Below, in pieces: positions 1 to 9,372 of a stretch of 64,000 bases of DNA (its first letter is position 1; each line of letters opens with the position of its first letter). The position numbers and the translations under genes are program-made. Origin of the DNA: Patescibacteria group bacterium (GTDB taxonomy: Bacteria > Patescibacteriota > Minisyncoccia > Phycocordibacterales > UBA918); assembly GCA_019745315.1 (NCBI GenBank), contig JAIETH010000002.1, positions 98,306 through 162,305 of the forward strand. Direction: 5' to 3'. The notes beneath the pieces were generated by a model that saw nothing but the letters and a program-made list of their open reading frames with translations, did not search any database and had not been told where the DNA came from.

Positions 1-1723
1 CGTTTGAAACGTGGAGCGCAAAGTTTACTGATCCCAAGTTACATACCGCAGTTTCTGTTGCTGAGGTATTGAGGGTAATTTCTGTACACAGATTTGAAGT
101 GTGTACGATACCCGCATGATCTTGAGGAGAGCGAACATTTGATGGATCTTTAAAGGTAATCCATGGATGTCCTGTCTCAAAGAGAGACGCAAGCATTTTT
201 CTCCATAGATCGCGTGCCTTCATATGCTTGAAGAGCTTCATCTCTCCAGCACGAGCCATTGCTTCATACTTTGTGTAGAGTTCTTCAAACTTTTTACCGT
301 ATGTTTCGGTAAGATCTTTTGCTTCGTCTGGCGAGAAAAGTGTCCACTCCCCATCCTCTCGTACCCGCTTCATGAAAAGATCAGAGACCCATGACGCAGT
401 ATTCATGTCATGCGTGCGACGACGCTCGTCTCCTGTGTTTTTTCGAAGCTCTAGGAAGTCTTCAAAATCGTAGTGCCAGTTCTCAAGAGAAACACACGTT
501 GCACCACGTCTGCGACCAGAGCGATTGATTGCAACAGTAACGTCGTTGGCAACCTTAAGAAATGGAATAACTCCCTGACTTGTGATTCCTGAACCCTTGA
601 TGACAGCCCCCGTACCACGAAGCTTGCTCCATGAAGTACCAATACCTCCTGCCCACTTTGAGAGCTGCGCATTATCACCAAATACCTTAAAGATATGAGT
701 GAGGTCGTCCTCTACTATATTGAGATAGCATGATGAGAGCTGCGGGTGTGGCGTGCCTGAGTGGAACAATGTTGGAGTAGATGGAACAAAGCGCAATGTC
801 GACATAACGGTATAAAACTGCTCCGCACGCATTTCTTTGTGCTCCTCATTGAGTGCGATACCCATAGCAACGCGCATCCACATATACTGCGGAGTTTCAA
901 GAACTGTCTTTTCGTTGCTTCGAATGAAGTATCTGTCATTGAGTGTTTCAACTCCAAGGTATTCAAAGAGATCATCTCGCTCAGGAACCAAGAGAGTTGC
1001 AAGGTGTTCAAGATTGAAGCCAAGTATACGCTCATCAAGCTTCTTCTCTGCCACAGCCTGACGAATATTTCTTACAAACGCTGAACGGTACGAACTATCG
1101 AATGTGCTCGTTGAAAACGACTCTTTTCCAATTGCCTCTTTGTAAAGACGAGCACACAACTGGCGAGCAGCAACCTTAGCATACGCTGGATCAAGCTCAA
1201 TGCGTGCGCGGAGCACCATAGTGATCAATCGCGCAAGCTCAGATGTTTTAATATTTGCATACACCTCACGCTCAACCTGAGCGGCGATTGAATCAAGGTC
1301 TACCTCTGTTTCAAAACCACGCACAAATGATCGAAGCGACGCGAGAACTTTCTCTTTTGAAAAAGGCTCCATAACACCATTGCGCTTCTCTACCATCAAG
1401 CGGTTTTCTTCAATATCCTTCACGACACGCTCCTTTCTCTCTTTGGTGTGCTCAAAACGGTACAAAATATAGGACTTAGCAACGCGAAAGTATCCACGCT
1501 CCATCAATGTCTCCTCCACCGTATCCTGCACCTGCTCAACGGTAAGGAGTGTGTCGTGGAAAGCGCTCTCTATCTTTGCAACCACCCTATCGGTCATCTG
1601 ATCTATGACCACATCATCAATTGCTACATTTTCTGCAGCAAAAGCCTTTTTCATCACAATGATAATCTTCCCTTTATCAAAAGGGACAGTATCACCATTT
1701 CGTTTGCGTATTTCTGTGATCAT
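1..1723 (-). CDS. nrdA: Ribonucleoside-diphosphate reductase alpha subunit, class I (5' part; runs off the window edge)
   Basis: Not in the ORF track. Manual translation gives MITEIRKRNGDTVPFDKGKI (ATP cone), a second cone (MVEKRNGVMEPFSKEK), then TPTLFHSGTPHPQLSSCY, ETGHPWITFKD and SNLCTEI RNR motifs. Confidence 0.93.
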   Translation of the reverse strand, partial: MITEIRKRNGDTVPFDKGKIIIVMKKAFAAENVAIDDVVIDQMTDRVVAKIESAFHDTLLTVEQVQDTVEETLMERGYFRVAKSYILYRFEHTKERKERVVKDIEENRLMVEKRNGVMEPFSKEKVLASLRSFVRGFETEVDLDSIAAQVEREVYANIKTSELARLITMVLRARIELDPAYAKVAARQLCARLYKEAIGKESFSTSTFDSSYRSAFVRNIRQAVAEKKLDERILGFNLEHLATLLVPERDDLFEYLGVETLNDRYFIRSNEKTVLETPQYMWMRVAMGIALNEEHKEMRAEQFYTVMSTLRFVPSTPTLFHSGTPHPQLSSCYLNIVEDDLTHIFKVFGDNAQLSKWAGGIGTSWSKLRGTGAVIKGSGITSQGVIPFLKVANDVTVAINRSGRRRGATCVSLENWHYDFEDFLELRKNTGDERRRTHDMNTASWVSDLFMKRVREDGEWTLFSPDEAKDLTETYGKKFEELYTKYEAMARAGEMKLFKHMKARDLWRKMLASLFETGHPWITFKDPSNVRSPQDHAGIVHTSNLCTEITLNTSATETAVCNLGSVNFALHVSN

Positions 1724-1929
1724 AGATGATTAAAATTAATATATAAAATATTTAGGGAGTCATAAGGACACCTATGGCATGTACCATAGCTGTCCTTGAG
1801 ATCCCTCCACCACACGAAGAAGAGCGTGCTTCATAGAGATTTTAGCATGCTTCAAAAAAGACGAAATTCTATCGAAAAACAAAAAGTGAGAAAGAATATA
1901 GACTTTTGGGACAATCACCTTTTTTCTCA

Positions 1930-1938
1930 TGTGGATAA
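1930..1938. promoter_or_regulatory. DnaA box upstream of nrdA
   Basis: TGTGGATAA is the reverse complement of the consensus TTATCCACA. Confidence 0.55.
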
Positions 1939-2042
1939 CAATACCCACACGTTACATGCAAGACTTGAGTGCTTTTTAAAACCGTGTCACAAACAAGAAA
2001 GAGCGGCTTTTCGACCGCCCCTTCTTGTTTGTGACACTCTAT

Positions 2043-2432
2043 TTATCGTTTGTCACGAATCAAGTCTCGTATCTCTCCCAGAAGCCGTGCTTCGTGAGAG
2101 ATTATTTCTTTTGCATCTTCTACAATTCTTTCTTCTGCCCTCTTAAGGCGAGAAATACCTTTTACCGCCACAAAAATCACAAGCGCGATGATTAGAAAAT
2201 CAACAATGCTCTGCAGAAATAATCCGTACTGCACCACAACAGCACCGACGGTCAATGAAAGTGTTGAAAAATTCACTCCTCCCAGGAAAATGCTCAAAAA
2301 CGGCATAATAACCGTATCTACTAATGAGGAGACGATCTTGCCAAATGCAGTACCGATAATGACCGCAATCGCCAGATCAACAACGTTGCCCCGGACAGCA
2401 AAAGCTTTAAACTCTGTAATAAAAGCATTCAT
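2043..2432 (-). CDS. mscL: Large-conductance mechanosensitive channel
   Basis: EFKAFAVRGNVVDLAIAVIIG, YGLFL..IVDFLII and LLGEIRDL motifs. Confidence 0.96.
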   Translation of the reverse strand: MNAFITEFKAFAVRGNVVDLAIAVIIGTAFGKIVSSLVDTVIMPFLSIFLGGVNFSTLSLTVGAVVVQYGLFLQSIVDFLIIALVIFVAVKGISRLKRAEERIVEDAKEIISHEARLLGEIRDLIRDKR

Positions 2433-2564
2433 ATAGCTATACCTAAAAAAGCTGCGCTAAATAAAAGCCAAACCCTGCCCCAATCGCAAACGAAAATACG
2501 CATGCAAAAATAATGTCATTTTTTCCCATTCCCATATTCTACCAGAGAGATACCTTGAAATCAT

Positions 2565-4034
2565 TTAATTATTTTTAGCAAAATACTCCTGAGCTATCTC
2601 TCGATACATATCCCGCTTCTCTTTCGACATTTTCTCGAGTAATTTAGGCATCATTGAGAGGCGGTGCTGTGAAGCGAAGAAGTCTCTGCGCTTTGCAATA
2701 AAGCTCCAATACAATGCTGTCCAAAGATCTTCCCATGACCCAGCTTTATACTTCGACATCTTTTTTATATAGCTACTTCCTGATATATAGGGCTTGGTAG
2801 CAAAAGTACCGCCGTCTGCAAACTGACTCATGCCATACACATTCGGAACCATAACCCAATCATAGGCATCAACATACATCGCCATAAACCATCGACACAC
2901 TTCATCCGGATGAGTTTCCGTAAGGAGCATAAAGTTGCCTATCACCATCAAGCGCTCGATGTGGTGACTATACCCCCATGAAAGAGCTCTGTTTATTGCT
3001 GAATCGAGAGGAACAACGCCAGTAGCACCCTTCCAGAAGCTTTCTCCCAAGGCTCTTGTGTGATTCCAAAAGTTTTTACTTCGCATACTCACTCCGTCGC
3101 ATTCGTAGCTTGCGCGAATAAACTCTCTCCATCCAATAACCTGCCGCACAAAACCTTCAATATTATTAAATTCAATATCATGCTTTTCTCCATACTCTAT
3201 GGCAGCCGATATAACTTCCTGTGGCGTCAATAGTCCACTATTCAGAAGTGGCGAGAGAGTTGAATGAAAGAGTCGCACATGATCCGTCTCAATGGCATCT
3301 TCAAAATCACCAAAATGCTGTAGTCTCTCCGTAATAAAAGCGTGGAGGTATTTTTGAGCGCCCTCATGAGTCCACGGTATCCATACCCTCGTGTCCCCAT
3401 AGCGCTCCGCACGAATTGTTGCAAGCCACTCTAATGCATCTTGTATCTCAGCACTCTCTGCATATTCGCTAATATCGTCAGGCAACAAAAAATCTTTAGG
3501 GATTTTTTTCCTATTTTCTGTGTCAAAACTCCATTCACCATAAAGAGGCGCAGCATCTTCCGTGACTAGTATTTTTTTATCGATACGAAGTTGTTTGTAA
3601 AAGCGGGCCATATGCTTCCCGCTCTTTTGGTAGCGCGTAACAGCTTCTTCTTTGGGTAGCATAAAGAGAGGTGATTCATATCGAACACGAATCAACTTAT
3701 GACGGCGAGACGACTCCTCTATACGCCGTTCAAGCCAATTATCCGTGGTGTCTACAATATGCACATGAGTGACCCCCTCTTTTGCGAGAATACCAAATAC
3801 ACTCGCAGTAGTACTCAAGTTCGCACTATCGAGATACACCACATCAAAGCCCTCACTTTGAAGTCGGCACTTATACGCTTGCATCGAAAGCCTATGGAGA
3901 AGTAACTTCTGAGTATGTATAGGAAACTCCGTGAGAAACAGAGATTCTTCAACTATATAAATAGTTCGCCCCTTCTCGATCGCTGGATGTTTTAAAAAGA
4001 GCTGATGCGGATATACGATTGTGACAGCCTTCAT
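2565..4034 (-). CDS. PhrB/CryB-like (6-4) photolyase/cryptochrome family protein
   Basis: YPHQL, HTQKL, GEWSFDTENRK, FGDFEDA, EGFVRQVIGWRE, GYSHHIERLM and YVDAYDWVM motifs. Start set at MKAV. Confidence 0.9.
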   Translation of the reverse strand: MKAVTIVYPHQLFLKHPAIEKGRTIYIVEESLFLTEFPIHTQKLLLHRLSMQAYKCRLQSEGFDVVYLDSANLSTTASVFGILAKEGVTHVHIVDTTDNWLERRIEESSRRHKLIRVRYESPLFMLPKEEAVTRYQKSGKHMARFYKQLRIDKKILVTEDAAPLYGEWSFDTENRKKIPKDFLLPDDISEYAESAEIQDALEWLATIRAERYGDTRVWIPWTHEGAQKYLHAFITERLQHFGDFEDAIETDHVRLFHSTLSPLLNSGLLTPQEVISAAIEYGEKHDIEFNNIEGFVRQVIGWREFIRASYECDGVSMRSKNFWNHTRALGESFWKGATGVVPLDSAINRALSWGYSHHIERLMVIGNFMLLTETHPDEVCRWFMAMYVDAYDWVMVPNVYGMSQFADGGTFATKPYISGSSYIKKMSKYKAGSWEDLWTALYWSFIAKRRDFFASQHRLSMMPKLLEKMSKEKRDMYREIAQEYFAKNN

Positions 4035-4059
4035 TGCAGTGAGTATACTAGAAATACCA

Positions 4060-4194
4060 ATGCCTAAAAAACTGACAGAGACCAAGTTGTGTGTTGCCTG
4101 CAAGCTTCCCTTCTCCAACCGCAAGCGCTGGAGCAGCCGAAAGCAGTGGGATGAAGTACGCTTTTGCTCGGAACGATGTAGAAAAGCAAAGTAA
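4060..4194 (+). CDS. DUF2256-like small zinc-finger protein (44 aa)
   Basis: Below the ORF-track cutoff: MPKKLTETKLCVACKLPFSNRKRWSSRKQWDEVRFCSERCRKAK. A typical photolyase neighbour. Confidence 0.85.
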   Translation: MPKKLTETKLCVACKLPFSNRKRWSSRKQWDEVRFCSERCRKAK

Positions 4195-4213
4195 TGACAC
4201 CTATCAAGATAGG

Positions 4214-4468
4214 TTACACAGCAAATTTTAGTCGTCGAGAGGTAACCTTTGAGTACGCTTCATGCTTACTACCTGCACCAGCTCTCCGACGTACTCGCTC
4301 TCGCCAACGTCGATACGAATTATGTGATTGGTGAACCCTCATAAAACGCACGAGCTCATTCTCATTCAAACCCCACTCTCGATGTATGACCTCATACGAA
4401 ATACTATCAGCCCATGCCATGAGAATAATATGCTCGACTTCACTTGGAGTAAAATTTCTTTTATTCAT
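4214..4468 (-). CDS. TIGR03643/DUF2805-like protein
   Basis: IILMAWAD...WGLNENELVRFMR...SYRRWRERV pattern; photolyase context. Confidence 0.75.
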   Translation of the reverse strand: MNKRNFTPSEVEHIILMAWADSISYEVIHREWGLNENELVRFMRVHQSHNSYRRWRERVRRRAGAGSKHEAYSKVTSRRLKFAV

Positions 4469-4500
4469 ACTTTTTTCGAGTAATTTTGTATTATATACCG

Positions 4501-4980
4501 ATGCGTAAACTATGGAATCGTCCAAGCGTCCCAGTGTGGAGTCTTGTAACTCGAGATACAGATGGGAACATAAATATGAATATTTGTACGTATGTAACGA
4601 GCATATCGCTGCAACCAAAACTCATGCTAATTGCTCTCTATGCAGGCACAAAGACACTCAAAAATGTACTAGAAACCAAACAGGGTCTCCTGCAACTCTT
4701 AACAGAAGAACTGGCTCCTGTAGTCCGAGTATGTGGACGCACAACAGGCCATACGACTGATAAAATAGCGCGCCTGAAAAAACGGTATCTCCTAAGTGAA
4801 GTCGACGGCTTTTTGTATTTTACTCAAGCAGCTGGATATGTGACTCTCTCTTTTAAAGATGTGATCTCGACCGAAGGAGATCACATACTTGCGATCGCCG
4901 AGGTAATACATACAAAAAATCTGAATGACCTACCCCTCCTCACAACAGACTACCTCAAGAAACATAAATTCGTTCGGTAA
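4501..4980 (+). CDS. Flavin reductase-like protein
   Basis: NMNICTYVTSISLQP and GDHILAIAEV flavin-reductase fold motifs. Confidence 0.75.
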   Translation: MRKLWNRPSVPVWSLVTRDTDGNINMNICTYVTSISLQPKLMLIALYAGTKTLKNVLETKQGLLQLLTEELAPVVRVCGRTTGHTTDKIARLKKRYLLSEVDGFLYFTQAAGYVTLSFKDVISTEGDHILAIAEVIHTKNLNDLPLLTTDYLKKHKFVR

Positions 4981-5038
4981 AAATTTGCATTGAGATGTAC
5001 CAGCGAGCAAAAAGCCCCTTTCGGGGCTCTCGCAAATG

Positions 5039-5177
5039 TCTGGGCGGCTACAGTGAATCCTCCTTTCCCAAATAATTTCTGTCGTGAACGACTTAGAAAT
5101 TATTCTCCTTAGGAGCCTAGAACTTTTGCTCAGACCAATGGCGCAAAAGTTTCCTTCGATTCCCTGTAGTCCTGCCC
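5039..5177 (-). repeat. tRNA-His-associated palindromic cassette
   Basis: Inverted T-arm copy at 5155-5169, three internal hairpins, direct copy of the tRNA 3' end at 5039-5059 (1 mismatch). Confidence 0.8.
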
Positions 5178-5218
5178 TTCATCACAAAACCTGACCATAT
5201 GGTCAGGTTTTGTTCTTC

Positions 5219-5293
5219 TGGGCGGCTACAGGGAATCGAACCCTGATTGAGGGCTCCACAAGCCCCAGTGTTAACCGTTACACCATAGCCGCC
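5219..5293 (-). tRNA. tRNA-His(GTG)
   Basis: Cloverleaf GGCGGCTATGGTGTAACGG...CTTGTGGAG...GGTTCGATTCCCTGTAGCCGCCCA. Confidence 0.95.
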
Positions 5294-5414
5294 ATCTCTC
5301 AACACCCCAATATAGAGGTATCTATTTATAACGATTTTACAGCTAAAAGTCGAGGACTCGCGTATCTATACTCAAAAACAAAAAGAGCCGACCGAAGTCG
5401 GATCTTTTTATTAG

Positions 5415-5496
5415 TGCCCAGGACTGGACTTGAACCAGCATGCAATTACGCGCTACCACCTCAAGGTAGTGGGTCTACCAATTTCCCCACCTGGGC
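5415..5496 (-). tRNA. tRNA-Leu(GAG)
   Basis: GCCCAGGTGGGGAAATTGGTAGAC; anticodon loop TTGAGGT; long variable arm; GGTTCAAGTCC. Confidence 0.95.
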
Positions 5497-5583
5497 AACA
5501 TGCGCATCTCTACGCCGTAGCATTATGCACAAAAAACCATTTAGTATCAAGAAAAAAACGGAGCGTGTGCTCCGTTTTTTTCT

Positions 5584-6180
5584 TTATACTACCTCTTCTT
5601 TCTTTTCTTCTGTCGGAGTCTCTTCTGGAGCTTCAGCAGGAACTTCTGGTTCTGGAGTATTGAGAGCTTCTTCTGCGGCCACGCGAGCTGCTTCGGCCTC
5701 CTCTGCAGCCTTGGCTTCAGCAGCGAGCGCTGCTGCCTTAGCCTCTTCTTCTGCCTTGTCTGCAGCGGCTTTTGCTACCCTCTTCTGCTCCACTTCAACA
5801 CCGCTTTCTGTTGCAAGAGATGCATTGGTCATACGGCGCATGAGACGACGAGCCTCACGAGCAACTTTCTCACGAATATGATAGAGCTTTGAACGTCGCA
5901 CTTTTGCGCGGCGGATAATCTCGATTTTGTCGATAAGTGGAGAATAGAGCGGAAAAATCTTCTCTACACCAATACCATCTACCACCTTTCGAACGGTAAA
6001 AGTACCTCCTGCTTCGTTTCCATGCTTACGAGCAAGCACAAGACCTTCGAAAAGCTGGATACGTGTCTTCCCTTTATCCTGAATCTTCTGATATACGCGA
6101 ACAGTATCGCCAGACTTGATGCCGATACTTGTGCGGTCCTCCATATTTACCGGAGAAATGATGACGCCTGTAGTGTTCAT
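5584..6180 (-). CDS. rplS: 50S ribosomal protein L19 with Ala/Glu-rich C-terminal extension
   Basis: GDTVRV, RIQLFEGLVLA, GVEKIFPLYSP and KVRRSKLY motifs. Confidence 0.95.
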   Translation of the reverse strand: MNTTGVIISPVNMEDRTSIGIKSGDTVRVYQKIQDKGKTRIQLFEGLVLARKHGNEAGGTFTVRKVVDGIGVEKIFPLYSPLIDKIEIIRRAKVRRSKLYHIREKVAREARRLMRRMTNASLATESGVEVEQKRVAKAAADKAEEEAKAAALAAEAKAAEEAEAARVAAEEALNTPEPEVPAEAPEETPTEEKKEEVV

Positions 6181-6258
6181 ATAAACTATAAAATAGTACG
6201 CGGTACTGTACCACATGGTGATAAAAGCTGCAATCTTAAGGACTTTGTCGAGAAACCC

Positions 6259-6999
6259 CTAAGAAACCTTGCCTGCCCCGCCGTCAGCATCCATGACTTT
6301 CAGCGCTCGCTCAAACTCATCTGGGAGAGGAGCAATAAATGTCTGCTCTCCAGCGCTCGGAAGCATAATTTTCAGAGAATATGCATGAAGTGCAAGTCTC
6401 CCAAAACCTAAATCGCACGGAAATGTAGGCGCATAGAGCTGATCGCACACAATAGGATGGTTGATTGCCTTGAGATGTACACGAATCTGGTGCGTTCGAC
6501 CTGTCTTTGGCATCACACGCAGATACGCATGTGTGCCACTCTGACGTATCAGCTCCCAGTTAGTAACTGCCGGACGCAAGAGTCCTCGCGCGCCACGCTG
6601 CGCTGAGCGTTGACGAAAGTCTTTTGAGCTTCGACCTATTGGTCTATCGATAGTGCCCCACTCTTTTTTCATCGTGCCATATACACATGTTCTATACTCC
6701 TTCTCTACAAGTCGATCATGAAATTGTGCCTTAAGATGGAGAAAAACATCTTGTGTTTTTGCAAGAATCATCACTCCTGAAGTCTCTCGGTCAAGTCTAT
6801 GCACAATTCCCGATCGCGGTAGCGAGGCTCCATCACGCAGTCGCTCAACCTCACCTACACCATAGGAATCCGGGGAACGCTCTAAAAACCAGTCAACAAG
6901 TGTCGCTTCAGTACTCGCCTCAGTATCCTTATGTACCAACATGCCCCACGGCTTATTAACCACCAGCACGTCAGCGTCTTCGTATATAACGGTAACCAT
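6259..6999 (-). CDS. RluA-family pseudouridine synthase
   Basis: VNKPWG, HRLDRETSG, TGRTHQIRVH and LHAY motifs. Confidence 0.93.
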   Translation of the reverse strand: MVTVIYEDADVLVVNKPWGMLVHKDTEASTEATLVDWFLERSPDSYGVGEVERLRDGASLPRSGIVHRLDRETSGVMILAKTQDVFLHLKAQFHDRLVEKEYRTCVYGTMKKEWGTIDRPIGRSSKDFRQRSAQRGARGLLRPAVTNWELIRQSGTHAYLRVMPKTGRTHQIRVHLKAINHPIVCDQLYAPTFPCDLGFGRLALHAYSLKIMLPSAGEQTFIAPLPDEFERALKVMDADGGAGKVS

Positions 7000-7007
7000 A
7001 CCTAAGA

Positions 7008-7694
7008 CTATATACCAAAATTGCGTTTTCGTGCGCTATAGCTCTCCAAAATTTCTAGAAACTCCTTTTCGGTAAATGCTGGCCATTCCGTTTTGGTAAA
7101 AAATAATTCGCTATAGACTGACTGCCATGGCAAAAAATTAGAAAGCCTCATCTCTCCTCCTGTTCGTATGATTAAATCGGGGTCAGGAATCCCTGCTGTC
7201 CATAAGTGAGACGCAAAGGTTTCTTCCGTCACCTCTTTTTCATCTTTCATTTTCTTTATCGCCTCAAGTATTTCAAGCCTTCCTCCATACGAAACCGCAA
7301 TATTCACAGTACGAACCTCCACGTGTGCAGTTCTGTGCTCCAGTGATTCCATTAACACTTGTGTGTCCAGAGAAAAACGCGTGCGGTCTCCTATAAAACG
7401 AACACGTACAGGATTTTCTAGATCACTGCATATTTTTTCTGCATCATGTATTAAAAATGTCTGAAAAAGCTTCAGCAAGTGACCAACCTCATCTTCTCCT
7501 CGTTTCCAGTTCTCAGTCGAAAACGCATACGCAACAACATGAGTAACTCCTGCCGTCTTCGCCCAACCCAAAAAATCCTTGAACCGCGCATATCCTTCAG
7601 TGTGACCTTCAAAAGAACGACGCTCATGAGCACGTGCCCAACGCCTATTGCCATCCATAATCACCCCAATGCACGCAGGAATAACACTATCCAT
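7008..7694 (-). CDS. uppS: Undecaprenyl diphosphate synthase
   Basis: IMDGNRRWA, AFSTENWKR and PDLIIRTGGEMRLSNFLPWQ motifs. Confidence 0.96.
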   Translation of the reverse strand: MDSVIPACIGVIMDGNRRWARAHERRSFEGHTEGYARFKDFLGWAKTAGVTHVVAYAFSTENWKRGEDEVGHLLKLFQTFLIHDAEKICSDLENPVRVRFIGDRTRFSLDTQVLMESLEHRTAHVEVRTVNIAVSYGGRLEILEAIKKMKDEKEVTEETFASHLWTAGIPDPDLIIRTGGEMRLSNFLPWQSVYSELFFTKTEWPAFTEKEFLEILESYSARKRNFGI

Positions 7695-7695
7695 A

Positions 7696-7974
7696 TTAGA
7701 CGTATACAATAGTGAAATCGTCAAAATGACCTGATGGTGCGCGCCAGTCAACCGCAACAGAGTCCACACGAGAAAGGATCGACCCCTCATGAAGCAGTTC
7801 GATATAACGCCTCAATGTATCTGGCTCCCCTTGTGCCACCACCTCTACCGATCCATCGGGTAAATTCTTCACCCACCCAACAAGATCAAAACCTCGAGCC
7901 TTGCGTTGCGCAAAATCTCGAAACATAACCATTTGCACCCTACCTTCTATACGACAGTGAATTTCCTCAAACAT
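7696..7974 (-). CDS. acyP: Acylphosphatase
   Basis: GRVQMVMFR and GWVKNLPDGSVEVVAQG motifs. Confidence 0.9.
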   Translation of the reverse strand: MFEEIHCRIEGRVQMVMFRDFAQRKARGFDLVGWVKNLPDGSVEVVAQGEPDTLRRYIELLHEGSILSRVDSVAVDWRAPSGHFDDFTIVYV

Positions 7975-8073
7975 ATAAATAGTTCCCTTACTGTACATTG
8001 TTTTTAGAAAGATTCATATTTAAAAAAACACCATACTCTCCTAAAAGTATGATGTTTGCAGAAATTTCACAGA

Positions 8074-8340
8074 CTAGCAGCATCGACGATCGTTGCGGCG
8101 ATGGTCGTTTCTACGGTTGGTACCACTTCGTTCGCGAGCACGCTGGTTCTGCTCTCGCCAGCTTTCTGGCCCCATGTCGCGCCACTGGGTACCAGTGCGA
8201 GGATCATAGATATATTCTCCTGAACCCTGGTAGCCACGTCCGTACCCTCGGTAATCTGTAACGGTATTAACGATCTTAAGTTCACCACAACCCGGGAGCA
8301 AGATCACGACGAGCACAAAAAGTGCGGTGCGGTATGACAT
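8074..8340 (-). CDS. Small hypothetical lipoprotein
   Basis: Hydrophobic signal with LPGC lipobox, SD-like AAGGGAG, upstream TAGACA-17-TATAAT (8394-8366). Confidence 0.55.
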   Translation of the reverse strand: MSYRTALFVLVVILLPGCGELKIVNTVTDYRGYGRGYQGSGEYIYDPRTGTQWRDMGPESWREQNQRARERSGTNRRNDHRRNDRRCC

Positions 8341-8450
8341 GGACGATTTCTCCCTTTCTGAATAAATTATACTATATTTATAGTAATTTGTCTATATATT
8401 CGCAAAAAGAAATTGAATAAATCTAATAACCGTGTACAATCGTATGCGTA

Positions 8451-8523
8451 GGGCGATTAGCTCAGTTGGTAGAGCGGCTCATTTACACTGAGATGGTCGG
8501 GGGTTCAAGTCCCTCATCGCCCA
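8451..8523 (+). tRNA. tRNA-Val(TAC)
   Basis: GGGCGATTAGCTCAGTTGGTAGAGC...TTTACAC...GGTTCAAGTCCCTCATCGCCCA. Confidence 0.95.
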
Positions 8524-8566
8524 CAAATACAAAAAGACAGGCCTCACGCCTGTCTTTTTGTATTTT

Positions 8567-8699
8567 GCGATAAGGGACTTGAAGAGCGGAAGAAAACAGT
8601 CTGGGAGACTGTTTTCTGAGCTGGGGTCGAGAGCACTTAGACTTTTGCGAATACTTGGAGCAAAAGTCTAAGTGACTCGTGACCAAGCCCTCTCAATCG
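8567..8699 (+). repeat. tRNA-Val-associated palindromic cassette (module B)
   Basis: Inverted copy of the tRNA 3' end (GCGATAAGGGACTTGAA, 8567-8583), two hairpins around GAGCTGGGGTCGAGAG, degenerate direct copy near 8684-8699. Confidence 0.75.
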
Positions 8700-8706
8700 A
8701 GCCTCG

Positions 8707-8886
8707 CTTTCTCGGTCGGTAACTCACCTTGTTCGTGTCCTCCCGGCAGGAAGTTCGAAGTTTACAACTTCAGTACAGGTTGTCGCCATTTTGATTCGTA
8801 AAAACTCTCAAAATTGCTGGCAACCTTTTCGATTCCTGCACGAAAGCACCCCGTACTTTCTCGGTCGGTAACTCACCTTGTTCGTG
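8707..8886 (-). repeat. tRNA-Arg(TCT)-associated cassette (module A) bounded by a 46-bp direct repeat
   Basis: 8707-8752 is identical to 8856-8901; inverted T-arm copy at 8828-8839; AGGTTG..CAACCT hairpin; GTA-loop stem at 8757-8771. Confidence 0.85.
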
Positions 8887-8958
8887 TCCTCCCGGCAGGA
8901 ATCGAACCTACATCAAGAGCTTAGAAGTCTCCTGTTCTATCCATTGAACTACGGGAGG
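8887..8958 (-). tRNA. tRNA-Arg(TCT)
   Basis: CCTCCCGTAGTTCAATGGATAGAAC...CTTCTAA...GGTTCGATTCCTGCCGGGAGGA. Confidence 0.95.
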
Positions 8959-8964
8959 AATACA

Positions 8965-9372
8965 CTACTCTACCTTAATACCCCCAGTCTGCAAATCGAC
9001 TGTGGATTCTTCTTTTGCAGGCGTAGATGTTCCAGAAGTGGTTGTACTTATGGACGACTCCTCGGGAACGACCTTTATATCGAGCGCCTTAAATCTTTCT
9101 AATCGCGCACCATATTCTTGCACCATACGCACAACAAGATCCTCATCGTACGTCACATCAAGAGCCACATCCCCATTTACAACACCCTCATCAACCTGCT
9201 TGAGCGCAGAAGAAAAAAGTATATAGGCATACGACGCCCCCGCACACACGAGAGTGACCGCTAAAAGTACTCCTAAAAACCACTCACGTTCTGGGTATAT
9301 TTTTCTAAACTCACGAAAGCTCAATCGAGACTTATACGCTTCTATTACTTTACGGAAATTCCATTTCATCAT
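8965..9372 (-). CDS. Single-TM hypothetical protein, last gene of the pilMNO operon
   Basis: One TM segment; overlaps the stop of the PilO-like gene. Confidence 0.6.
   Translation of the reverse strand: MMKWNFRKVIEAYKSRLSFREFRKIYPEREWFLGVLLAVTLVCAGASYAYILFSSALKQVDEGVVNGDVALDVTYDEDLVVRMVQEYGARLERFKALDIKVVPEESSISTTTSGTSTPAKEESTVDLQTGGIKVE

Noticed and set aside
451-1729. Several short ORFs
   Set aside because: They are shadows of nrdA, which the track missed because it runs off the window edge.
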